From Promethearchaeota archaeon (GTDB taxonomy: Archaea > Asgardarchaeota > Lokiarchaeia > Sigyniarchaeales > SOKP01): a stretch of DNA of 64,000 bases. A model generated the notes under the pieces. The model ran no database searches, was not told where the DNA came from, and was given only the letters and a program-made list of their open reading frames with translations. Both the position numbers and the translations under genes were made by a program. The stretch spans positions 64,001-128,000 of the forward strand of contig JAHLWS010000065.1 of assembly GCA_019057795.1 (NCBI GenBank), given 5' to 3'. Shown piece by piece: positions 1-9,747 of this stretch; the first letter of the stretch is position 1; every line of letters begins with the position of its first letter.

Positions 1-1
1 G

Positions 2-454
2 GTTGACTTAAATAATGTTTTAAAGGATGCTATTGATAATCTAAAAAAAATAATTAATGAAACTAATGCTGAAGTTATTTACGATTCTTTACCTAGTTTA
101 TTTGTTGATAAATATCAATTACTCCAAGTATTTCAAAATTTAATTTCTAACGCTATAAAATTCCACGGAGAAAGTCCTCCTCTTATTCATGTTTCAGCAA
201 GACCTGATAATAAACATTGGGTTTTTTCTGTTCGCGATAATGGGATAGGGATTGATTCAAAAGACTATGAGCGAATTTTCATAATTTTTAAGCGTTTACA
301 TACGAAAGATGAGTATGGTGGAACTGGAATAGGATTAGCTATATGTAAGAAAATTGTTGAACAATACGGGGGTAAAATATGGGTGGAATCTGAAGTTGGG
401 AATGGTTCAACTTTTTACTTCTCAATCCCAAAAGAGATTGATATAAAAAGCTAA
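2..454 (+). CDS. Sensor histidine kinase, C-terminal HATPase_c domain (5'-partial, missing from ORF track)
   Basis: Frame 2 translates to ...QLLQVFQNLISNAIKF...FSVRDNGIGI...IFKRLHT...GTGIGLAICKKIVEQYGGKIWVESEVGNGSTFYF..., i.e. N, G1, F and G2 boxes; TAA at 452-454. Confidence 0.93.
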   Translation, partial: VDLNNVLKDAIDNLKKIINETNAEVIYDSLPSLFVDKYQLLQVFQNLISNAIKFHGESPPLIHVSARPDNKHWVFSVRDNGIGIDSKDYERIFIIFKRLHTKDEYGGTGIGLAICKKIVEQYGGKIWVESEVGNGSTFYFSIPKEIDIKS

Positions 455-705
455 TGATGCCCCTAATTTAAATCTTAAATCACTAGTAGTCGCTACAGAA
501 ACGTTCGAAGAAGGAGTATTGTATAAACTCATGAAAAAAATTTTAGAAAATTTAAAAATTAATTAATATAGGACTTACTTATATTCTGAGTCTGATGGAA
601 TGTTTACTTCTTCTTTTGGAAGTTTAACCTTTTGATATTTAGTCATTTAAAATAGTATTTTTTTTCTCCATTTCTTACTTAATCAATAAATATTTTAATA
701 GATGA

Positions 706-1194
706 TTATTTTTCAGAGTTAGTAGGATTTAATCCATTATAGTTATAATTATTGATTCCTAATATTATGCCAAAGAAGCCAACGCCAAATAATAAATAAA
801 AGAATGGTCCACCAGTTTCCACATCGAGATAAGTTATATTTCCTGTTTGATTAATAATTTGATGGAATCTTTCAATTAATGTTTGTGTTATTGGATAAAA
901 AATACTTCCCAAAAAGCCAGTTGCTATTATTATAATTCCAGACAGAATAACTATTATATCCGTGCTCAAATTTATGTGCTTTTGAATTTGAGATCGGAAA
1001 ATAACTAAGATTCCTATTATAAATATAAGATATGTTGATGCATTGAGGAATCCCCAAAAAGTGCCCACATGACCAGATGGTGGTTCAATCTTATAATATC
1101 CTAAGGGAAGTAGTAGCGTAAGACAGAAATATACACCAATTAGAGTTAATATTCTTTCTTTTGTTTTTTGAGATTTTATTATTTTTCCTAACAA
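706..1194 (-). CDS. Hypothetical membrane protein (about 4 TM segments)
   Basis: 162 aa ORF with four hydrophobic stretches. Confidence 0.65.
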   Translation of the reverse strand: MLGKIIKSQKTKERILTLIGVYFCLTLLLPLGYYKIEPPSGHVGTFWGFLNASTYLIFIIGILVIFRSQIQKHINLSTDIIVILSGIIIIATGFLGSIFYPITQTLIERFHQIINQTGNITYLDVETGGPFFYLLFGVGFFGIILGINNYNYNGLNPTNSEK

Positions 1195-1241
1195 CTCTAT
1201 AATTTTGTTGCTTATAATTAGCTCTTCAGACTTATTAAAAC

Positions 1242-2342
1242 TTAGTCCTCGGTCTGCAAAAAATATCCTAAAATACGCAGCTTATTATTGAAGCGATTTA
1301 ATTCTGTAATAATTCCTTTAAGTCCCTCGTCGTCGTGAACTACTGTTTTATCAAAAAGAATTTTAACGATTCCACTCTTACCGGGAGTTAATTCTTGACC
1401 TTCAATAAATTTGAGAGGAGATAATTTTAAGCCTACTAAACCATAATACTGAACTCCGTCGCCGGGTTTTATTATTCCCCCTTTGGGCGCATAGTATTGA
1501 TTAATAAAAACCTTAGCTTTTATTTCAAGTTCTTGTTTAAAAACTCCAGGACTCACTAAAAGGTTATCTCGACTAACATCATGAGGTGAAATATTCCCTT
1601 TTAAAGCAAGACCGACTCTATCGCCCTCATAGGCAACCTTAAAGGTTCTATCGTGTTTTTGTATGCTTCGAATTATTACTTTTTTTACTGCTGCTTCATA
1701 ACCTACTATTTCGAGCATTTGACCGCTTTGAACCTTTCCTTGCTTTACAATTCCAAGTATCACAGTTCCAATTCCCTTGACTGGAAATACATGATCAATT
1801 AGTATCTTAGTATTTTCTTCGGAATTTGGCTCTTTTTCCAGAAGTTCAATGCCTAGATCTATAATTTTCTTCTTTAACTTTTCGTAATCCTCTTTGATTT
1901 TTAACTCGAATATTTCTGTATTGTTCAAACTGGTGCTCTTTAAAATTGTTTCGAGCTTCTTTCTTATCTCAGGCAGTTTCCACTCCGTTTTCGAATTTAT
2001 CCCAGCTATCACTATTAAAGCTTTAGTTTTAAAGAGTTGGTAAAATAAATCCATCCCAACTAATATTTCTCCAATAGAGGCATTTAACCCCGCATTTAAG
2101 TCTATAACAAGAATATGAATATTAGATATAGTTAGAGTTTGTAAAAGCGGTTTAATTTTTTCTGGATAGTCGATTGGAGTTAACCCACAAAACACTTGAT
2201 TTAGGCTTACATCCAAGCGATTGTAAAATAGAATATCTGACTTTGTCCCAGGGGAACCTAACGCTTGTCCTATTAGATTATTAATATCAAAATTATCCCC
2301 TAAGATTCCCACAATAAAATTTCTTTCAATTGCTTCACTCAT
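1242..2342 (-). CDS. SelB/EF-Tu-like translation factor homologue with degenerate GTPase domain
   Basis: Domain II motif IDHVFPVKGIGTVILG...IRSIQKH...GDRVGLAL; no GxxxxGK[ST] P-loop in the N-terminal domain. Confidence 0.8.
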   Translation of the reverse strand: MSEAIERNFIVGILGDNFDINNLIGQALGSPGTKSDILFYNRLDVSLNQVFCGLTPIDYPEKIKPLLQTLTISNIHILVIDLNAGLNASIGEILVGMDLFYQLFKTKALIVIAGINSKTEWKLPEIRKKLETILKSTSLNNTEIFELKIKEDYEKLKKKIIDLGIELLEKEPNSEENTKILIDHVFPVKGIGTVILGIVKQGKVQSGQMLEIVGYEAAVKKVIIRSIQKHDRTFKVAYEGDRVGLALKGNISPHDVSRDNLLVSPGVFKQELEIKAKVFINQYYAPKGGIIKPGDGVQYYGLVGLKLSPLKFIEGQELTPGKSGIVKILFDKTVVHDDEGLKGIITELNRFNNKLRILGYFLQTED

Positions 2343-2481
2343 TTGTCTTATTAAATATTTTAGCCATCAAAAACTTTTTGGAATCACGCTTGAATAAAAG
2401 TAACAATAATCACATTCCATTAAAAATAATTTATTAATATATTGCACATTTATTCACTAAAATAATATTTTTAAATTTATT

Positions 2482-4002
2482 ATGCCTCGAAATAGTTTAG
2501 TTAATCAAGTTATTTTAATTATTATCGATGATGTTCGAGCATCCCATCTTTTTGATTTAATTAAGCAAAAAAAGCTACCTAATATAGCTCAGCTTGCTGA
2601 GAGTGGAATCTCGTGCCAAAATTGTATTACTTCTTTTCCGAGTATTACATTTCCTTGTTATAGTAATATAGTTATTGGATCATATTCAGGATACTTCTCT
2701 ATAGAAGGAAGTGGTATTCCGATGTATCATTGGGTTGGAAGAACCGACCCACCATCGGAAGGGAAAAGATTTCCTATTATTCGAAATTGTGGGAAGGGAA
2801 GTCATATTAGAAAGTTTAATAGTGATTTCGGACCAAATTGTCAAACTATTTTTGAACAGGCAGGAGAAGGAAATTTTTTAAGCTCACTAAATCTTCTTAA
2901 TCGAGGATCTGTAATGATTCCCCCAATCGAATACACCACTCAATCGATATTAAAGGGAGTTGAAGAAATATATAAAGATCCTAAAAAAATCTTTTCAAAC
3001 AAAGAAGTGCCAAAAGTAACAGTTGCTTATATACCTAAAACAGACGACCTTATGCATAAAAAAGGGTTCTCTCATCCAAAATACATTAATGAAATTATTA
3101 AATGCGATGAATCTATTGGCTTAATAATTAAAATGTTAAAGGAAAAGGGGTATTTTGACTCGACTGCTATTGGAATTATTTCGGATCATGGAAATTATAA
3201 AACAGAAAAATTGTATGACATTGAACCTTATTTTAAAGAAAAAGGTCTAATGCAGTACTTACCTAGAAAAGGAATTGGTGATTTCGATGCTAGTTTTGGT
3301 TCAGTTGGATTTTTTAACTTTCCAGGGAAAGATTGGCATCATCATCCAACTACTAAACAATTAAAAGAATTTATTCCAAGCGGTTCAGGAAAGTCGAAAT
3401 TGAATTTATTTGAGACTTTATGGAAGATTCCAGGCGTGAAATTGATGTACTACCGGGACGACAATAACACGCCTGACAAAGGGATAATATATCTGGAACA
3501 GCGGAACGAGAAATCAGGAAAAATTTCAAAAAACATTATTGAATATGAGGGTCATGGAAAAAATCAACGAACGAAATATATCATTGATGAAAAAGATTTA
3601 TACAAATACGAAGACTACGAAGAATCCGCTGTGCTTTTAGATAATAAGGCTCATAATATTGATGAGTGGTTAGAAGGAACGAATAAAATAGATTTTCCAA
3701 TGATAGTAGACCAAATTCCTCGATATTTTAAAAATCCCCGTTCTTGCGATATTATGATATCCACGATTGGCGAATATGGATTTGGTTATGAACATGGGAT
3801 GTCAATGCCTCATTCTCCATACTCTCACGATATAGGACTTAAAAAGTCGATGACTGTGCCATTCATCATTGGAGGGTCTCTAAACATTCCTTCTACGGAG
3901 CTATCGTATTGTAAAACGACGGATATGGTTCCAACGCTCTTAGATTTATTAGGAGAAAAACCACATTTCAGCGTTGTTGGAAAATCTGTATTTAAGTATT
4001 AA
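2482..4002 (+). CDS. Alkaline phosphatase superfamily (nucleotide pyrophosphatase/phosphodiesterase-like) protein
   Basis: IIIDD, FPSITFP (Thr nucleophile), DDLMH, SDHG and C-terminal SH metal ligands. Confidence 0.85.
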   Translation: MPRNSLVNQVILIIIDDVRASHLFDLIKQKKLPNIAQLAESGISCQNCITSFPSITFPCYSNIVIGSYSGYFSIEGSGIPMYHWVGRTDPPSEGKRFPIIRNCGKGSHIRKFNSDFGPNCQTIFEQAGEGNFLSSLNLLNRGSVMIPPIEYTTQSILKGVEEIYKDPKKIFSNKEVPKVTVAYIPKTDDLMHKKGFSHPKYINEIIKCDESIGLIIKMLKEKGYFDSTAIGIISDHGNYKTEKLYDIEPYFKEKGLMQYLPRKGIGDFDASFGSVGFFNFPGKDWHHHPTTKQLKEFIPSGSGKSKLNLFETLWKIPGVKLMYYRDDNNTPDKGIIYLEQRNEKSGKISKNIIEYEGHGKNQRTKYIIDEKDLYKYEDYEESAVLLDNKAHNIDEWLEGTNKIDFPMIVDQIPRYFKNPRSCDIMISTIGEYGFGYEHGMSMPHSPYSHDIGLKKSMTVPFIIGGSLNIPSTELSYCKTTDMVPTLLDLLGEKPHFSVVGKSVFKY

Positions 4003-4151
4003 CCTTATTAATATTTAATTCCATGAAGACCTGAGCCATTTAAACTAAAGAAATTTACCAAATATATTTTGAAATATAATTTCAAAAAGAAATTAAATAT
4101 TAAGTAAAAATTATTTCAATTAATATTAAATTATAAAACCAAGTAATTAAA

Positions 4152-4205
4152 GTGAAAGCTAATAACATAATTATAGTCCCTGAAACTCATTGGGATCGCG
4201 AATAG
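4152..4205 (+). pseudogene. Orphaned diverged copy of alpha-mannosidase exon 1
   Basis: GTG AAA GCT AAT AAC ATA ATT ATA GTC CCT GAA ACT CAT TGG GAT CGC GAA TAG = VKANNIIIVPETHWDRE*, paralogous to MVRANHIIIVPETHWDRE at 5639-5692 with many synonymous differences. Confidence 0.85.
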
Positions 4206-4207
4206 AA

Positions 4208-5467
4208 CTATTTTTGTTGAGATCGAGAGGTTTTTATATCCCATTCCTCACAGAGTTTATAAAAGGAACCAATGGATACTTTAAATTTTTTAATTAAATG
4301 GGAAATTGGATACTTATCAATTAAACATTGTAGATTCTCCTTATTTACTACTGCTTCTTTTAGGCATGGAATCACATTCATATCTCTCTCATTAAATGTT
4401 CTCCTCTTTCTGGGCATACTGTTTTTATAGTTCCTCATCATTTCATTAAATAATAATGCCCCTAATGATAATCTCCAATGTGATTTAGTGGCAATAATAT
4501 TATCAAAATTACTTATTTTACCTTTCTCATATTGAATTTTAACTTCATATTGAATATTTAATTTCAACCTTATTTGTTCGAGAAATTCTTTAGAGCCACT
4601 TGTTATTCTAGTACTGTTAGCATTGCCATCCCCATCATAATAACCAAGAACCCAGGCCAAAAATAACTTATGATTAATAGGAGTTTTTTTATTAAAAATT
4701 ATAGGAATCGATTTTCTTAAAGACTTTGAACTTGAGAACCCAATATTCATTAAATCTTCAACCATTGGTTTACATCTAAAACGCAAATAAGCCAATTGAT
4801 ATGTTCTCCATTCTTCTTTATTTTTCTTTGTTCTATCTCGTTCTTTAATAAGTATAGGATCAAGATTTAGGGCTTTACAAAATCTTATTATTTGATCTTT
4901 ATCCTTAATTGAAAGCTCCATAGATATCAAATACCAAGGTTTTCCCCGATAATCCATTACTACAGAACCGTCTGCGTATAAAAAACCTAACCAATAAGCT
5001 TTTTCAAGTGTATCTACTTTCCTAAAAAAATCAGCTCTAAGATCATCGCTATATTGCTGATTTGAGTATTCTTTCAAGTTTTTATTTAACTCTTGATATC
5101 TTTTAATAAATAATAAACAATTAATTACTTTATTTCCTAAGCTTTTCTTTAGGTTATTTTGGAATTTTTCTAAATTTTGCTCTGAAAATTTGTAATTTGG
5201 ATTATATCCACGAACTTTCGAGTTGGTGATTCTTTGTTTTAGATCTGATAAATAAGTCGATCCATGTCCTAAAAGTATACTAGCTTTGGGTAAAGGTCCT
5301 AACTCATTTACCAAATCGTCTATTAAATTCAAAGTGCTATAAACACTTTCTTTTTTAACAGTCATAATTTGAATATGGAATTGATCTTTATAAACTGAAT
5401 AACATCCATAATTTTTTCTAATATCGTTTCTAATATTCATTCCAATAAGAATTAGGGCTCCAATCAC
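4208..5467 (-). CDS. Double-motif LAGLIDADG homing endonuclease (free-standing; likely start ATG at 5365)
   Basis: Motifs AYWLGFLYADG and LAWVLGYYDGDG; basic composition. Confidence 0.88.
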   Translation of the reverse strand: MIGALILIGMNIRNDIRKNYGCYSVYKDQFHIQIMTVKKESVYSTLNLIDDLVNELGPLPKASILLGHGSTYLSDLKQRITNSKVRGYNPNYKFSEQNLEKFQNNLKKSLGNKVINCLLFIKRYQELNKNLKEYSNQQYSDDLRADFFRKVDTLEKAYWLGFLYADGSVVMDYRGKPWYLISMELSIKDKDQIIRFCKALNLDPILIKERDRTKKNKEEWRTYQLAYLRFRCKPMVEDLMNIGFSSSKSLRKSIPIIFNKKTPINHKLFLAWVLGYYDGDGNANSTRITSGSKEFLEQIRLKLNIQYEVKIQYEKGKISNFDNIIATKSHWRLSLGALLFNEMMRNYKNSMPRKRRTFNERDMNVIPCLKEAVVNKENLQCLIDKYPISHLIKKFKVSIGSFYKLCEEWDIKTSRSQQK

Positions 5468-5638
5468 GCATTCAAGGTCTTTTATACATAGAAATTAGAA
5501 AACTTATTTAGTTGATATTCACCCTCTTGGGCAGCTTAAATATTGTATTATTCCTCTCTTTTCAGCAAGTAAGCAATATAAAACATCAAAAATTATGAGT
5601 ATTAAACTATGAAAAAGAAAAAAAGATGATAAAAGACT

Positions 5639-8464
5639 ATGGTGAGAGCAAATCATATAATAATTGTTCCTGAGACCCACTGGGACCGTGAAACTTTGTA
5701 TAATTAATATACAAAGCACGATTGGTATCTCCCGTTTCAAGAGTATAGAGCAAAACTAGTTCTCATGATGGATAAGCTCTTGGATATCCTAAGAAGCGAT
5801 CCAGATTATAAAAATTTCACTCTTGATGGACAAACTATTCCGATAGAGGACTATCTTGAAGTCCGACCTGAATTTGAAGATGAGATTAAAAAGTATGTAA
5901 AAGAAAGGCGGCTTTCGATTGGGCCTATGTATATTTTACCAGATGAATTTTTGGTAAGCGGCGAATCTTTGATTAGGAACTTAATAATTGGACACCAAAT
6001 TGCTAAGAGATTTGGAAGGGTTATGAAAGCAGGTTACATCCCTGATCCTTTTGGCCACATTGCTCAATTACCTCAAATACTTCAAGGATTTGAAATCCCT
6101 TCGATTTTATTCTGGCGAGGGTTTGGTAACGAATTCGTAGAAAATAACCTAAACATTGAATTTATTTGGAATTCCCCCGGAGATTCTAATTCTATTTTGG
6201 GAATATTTTTGAAGCAGAGCTACGGTTCGGTTGCTGATCTTAATTTATCAAAAAGAAGCGGAAAATATAAACTGGCGCTTCATAAGATAAAAAGGGTTGT
6301 TTCTGAGTTCGAAAAATTCACAGCTACATCCTATGTTCTTTTGAATAGCGGTTCAGATCATCACGAAGCTCGATCGGAGATTCCTGAAATAGTTAGACAA
6401 TGGAACGAAATGTATCCCGAGAAACTTTTAGAACAAAACGATTTTGAATATTATGTCGATAAAGTATTACATAGTAATCCACAGTTAAAACAGTTTAAAG
6501 GCGAATTAAGAGGTGGAAAGTACGCACATCTACTTTCAGGGGTATTTTCAGCTCGTATGTGGATCAAGCAGAGAAACACGGCAATCGAATATCTGTACGA
6601 AAAATATACGGAACCCTTATCAACAATTATATGGTCTCTCGATAAATATAAGGAATTTAATTACCCTCAAGCTTATATGCTCACAGGTTTGAAATGGCTT
6701 ATCAAAAACCACCCTCACGATAGCATATGTGGCTGTTCTATTGATCAGGTTCACAAAGAAATGGAGACTAGGTTTGATTGGGCGGAGCAAATCGGTAATG
6801 AAGTGTTTAAAAATTCAATATTGTATCTATACAATCTGATTACAGTTGAGGAAGACGAGAAAAAAATTCCGATCGTAGTATTTAATCCTCTTCCTTGGAA
6901 ACGTAAAGATATCGCAAATTTCCACATAATATCCAACACTAAAAAAGCTGGTTTTAAAAATCCAGACGCTTTCAAAATTCTCGACTCCGAAGGAAACGAG
7001 ATCGCATACCAATACGTTCAAATCAGCGAAGAGCCAAGATATAGATTAATTGGATCGGTTAGTTATTATTGCTCGTTTTTAGCCGAGGTTCCTGCTTGTG
7101 GATATAAGTGTTATTATATCGTACCAGGAGAAAAACCCGAAGAACCTGTAGTAAAGAGTAAAAAATTGAAGTTAGGTATAAATAGCTTAGAAAATCAGTT
7201 CTACAAAATCAACATAAGTTTTAAGGGACAAATCGACGTTTTAGATAAGGAAAGTAAAGTTTTGTACGAAAATATTTGTTATTTTGAGGATATAGGAGAT
7301 TGGGGGGATGAATATGACTTTTCGGGGCCATATGAAAATCAAACTGATTTAAAATTCACCTCAGAAGATCTGAATATTCTAGAAATAGCACCGTTTTTAG
7401 ACGGGGTCACCCAAAAAACGATTAGAATAAGAGCAAATCTCAATTTACCTACTTCTTTAACCGAGGATAGATATAGTAGAGACGAATATCTGATTTCAAA
7501 CTTAATCGATATCTATATAACGGTATATAAGGACATTAAACGAGTTGATTTTAAGATTGAATTAGAAAACAATAGTAAAGACCACCGAATACGAGTACTT
7601 TTTCCTTCAAAAATTAAATCTAAAAATGTAGATTCCGATGGTCATTTTTATGTCATTTCGCGAGATGTTGAGATGCCAAAATCTGAGAAATGGGCTCAAC
7701 AACCCGTACCTACTAACCATCAGAAAGATTTTGTCTCTGTTAACGATACATCAAGAACTTTTTCGGTTATAAACAAAGGATTACCCGAATATGAGGCAGT
7801 TATAAATAAAGATGGAACGATTTCGCTAGCTATTACCTTACTGCGGTGTATTGAATGGCTTTCAAGACACGATTTTACCTCGAGAAGAAGTAACGCAGGT
7901 CCGGACCTAAATACTCCCGAAGCTCAATGTCTTGGAAAGCATACTTTCGAACTTTCTCTCGTTATCGAAGGAAACAAACCTAATTGGTTAGATTCGAACG
8001 CTCACATAAAAGGTAAAGAATTTAACAATCCTTTTGAGGTTGTGGTTCCCTCGATAGTTAGAACCTCAATAAGAGCTTCGAATAAAGTCGTTTTAGCCCC
8101 TTTTGGACTAATTTCATATTTTAAACCATCAACTCGTCAACCTTTAAAACCTTATTTACCTACCAAATTAAGCTTCCTTGAAATCGATAACACAAAAATA
8201 ATGCTTAGTGCTTTGAAAAAATCGGAAAAGGGAGAATCTTTAATCGTTAGAGTTTATAACATCTCTTCAACCACTCAAAAAGCAAGGTTAACGTTACACG
8301 AGAAAACTTCCATCAAAAGTGCGGATATTGTAAACTTTTTGGAAGAAAAGCCAGAAAACGAAATTAAGGCGAAAATTGTTTCAAGTAAAGGGAATCATCT
8401 TGATCTAACTCTGGAACCGCACATAATAGTAACGATAAAACTTGAGCTTGATAATAATTATTAA
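5639..8464 (+). CDS. GH38 alpha-mannosidase / mannosylglycerate hydrolase-like, spliced: join(5639..5692,5723..8464), 931 aa
   Basis: Spliced N-terminus PETHWDREWYLPF (Zn-binding HxD motif), FTLDGQ, GYIPDPFGH nucleophile motif, HPHDSICGCS. The ORF-track version (5765 start) lacks the essential HWD motif. Confidence 0.9.
5693..5722 (+). other. 30-nt BHB-type intron in the alpha-mannosidase gene
   Basis: CGTG-AA^A-CTTTGTATA-ATTAA-TATACAAAG-CACG-AT^T: 4-bp central helix, two 3-nt bulges, perfect 9-bp inner stem; contains in-frame TAA; removal gives CGT GAA TGG TAT (REWY). Confidence 0.85.
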
Positions 8465-8613
8465 ATAAAAAAAATTTTCTTTTATTTTTTAAAAATCCTA
8501 AAATCCAGTTTAAAATATATCTATTTTTAATAATTTTAAATATGTGATACTCTTTTTAAAGTATCATCAACTTTTTAGCTAACTTCTTAATAAAATAAAA
8601 GGTCGAAAAACTT

Positions 8614-9747
8614 GTGAAAAATTTTGATATTATTGTTATAGGCGCAGGACCAGGAGGTTCTGTTGCAGCTAAAGTAGCCTCTGAAAACGGATATTCGACT
8701 TGTATCATTGAAAAAGAAATGCTTGGTGAGAAAGGAAGATATAAGGCATGTGGAGGAGCTACTGCGTGGGAACTAATAGAAGAAATTGATTACCCAGAAG
8801 AAAAAATTGGTAGGGTAATTGAATCTTTAGAATTGCACCATGTTGATGGAGAAACTTATTCTAAAAAAGGTAAAGGCGCTGTCGTTTGGCGAAGCACTTT
8901 TGATAAGTTTTTAACTGACATGGCTGTCGATAGTGGAGCCTTATTAAAAGAGAAAGAGCTTATGATTAACATTGAAAAAGTTGATGATTTTTACAAAATC
9001 AGTACTAATAAAGATAAATATACTGCAAAATATATAATTGCCGCTGATGGCGTTACTTCACCTACTTTAAAATTGCTAAATTGGCCTTTTTTCAAAAGTG
9101 AAGACTTAATTTTAACTATTACTAAAGAGATGAAAACTACTAAGTCCAATATAGATAAAGTTCTTGGACATGATACAGTTCATTTGTTTTTTGGTATTGA
9201 AAGCCTTATTCGTGTTGGTTATGCTTGGTTGTTTCCAAAAACTGAGAGGATTACAGTAGGATGGGGTAATCAAATTAATTTAGTAAAAAATTCAAGAGAA
9301 GAATTTAAAAAATTTCTAAAGCTCCCACTTGTTAAACTAGCGTTAAACAATTCAACGATGGAAACCTTTAAACCTCATCTAATCCCAGTAGGACTTAGAT
9401 CGAAGCTTTATGAGGAGAATCTGTTTGCTGTGGGTGATTCAGGGGGAATCGTTGATCCTATAAGCGGAAAGGGAATTCCCTATGCCATGATGTCTGGTCA
9501 GTTTGCTATTGAAACTATTAAAATGTGCGAAGAAAAAGATAGAATGGATAGGTTAGGAAGTTATTATGAAAGATCTTTAGATAGAAAGTTTTTAAAAATA
9601 TTAAAGGCAAAACGGATTTTAAGAGACACCATTTTTCAAAGTGATGAAAATTTGAAGAAATTCTTATCGTTGTGGGAAAACCATCGTAGTTCAGAAATTG
9701 CCATGAAAAATTTAATGGATCAAGTGAGTCTATATGAAATTTACTGA
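8614..9747 (+). CDS. Geranylgeranyl reductase family FAD-dependent oxidoreductase
   Basis: GAGPGG Rossmann motif, ACGG, AADG, YAWLFPK, VGDSGG...PISGKGIPYAM. Confidence 0.88.
   Translation: MKNFDIIVIGAGPGGSVAAKVASENGYSTCIIEKEMLGEKGRYKACGGATAWELIEEIDYPEEKIGRVIESLELHHVDGETYSKKGKGAVVWRSTFDKFLTDMAVDSGALLKEKELMINIEKVDDFYKISTNKDKYTAKYIIAADGVTSPTLKLLNWPFFKSEDLILTITKEMKTTKSNIDKVLGHDTVHLFFGIESLIRVGYAWLFPKTERITVGWGNQINLVKNSREEFKKFLKLPLVKLALNNSTMETFKPHLIPVGLRSKLYEENLFAVGDSGGIVDPISGKGIPYAMMSGQFAIETIKMCEEKDRMDRLGSYYERSLDRKFLKILKAKRILRDTIFQSDENLKKFLSLWENHRSSEIAMKNLMDQVSLYEIY

Noticed and set aside
1242-2342. Calling this gene selB or inferring selenoprotein recoding
   Set aside because: P-loop and C-terminal extension missing; no in-frame TGA genes or SECIS recognised in the window
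4203-5722. Whole endonuclease cassette as one large BHB intron joining the orphan exon 1 to exon 2
   Set aside because: CGCG/CACG central helix has a mismatch, there is no inner stem at the 4203 side, and the endonuclease is antisense; the 30-nt intron with the proximal exon fits far better
5519-5740. 73-aa minus-strand ORF
   Set aside because: Antisense shadow over mannosidase exon 1 and intron
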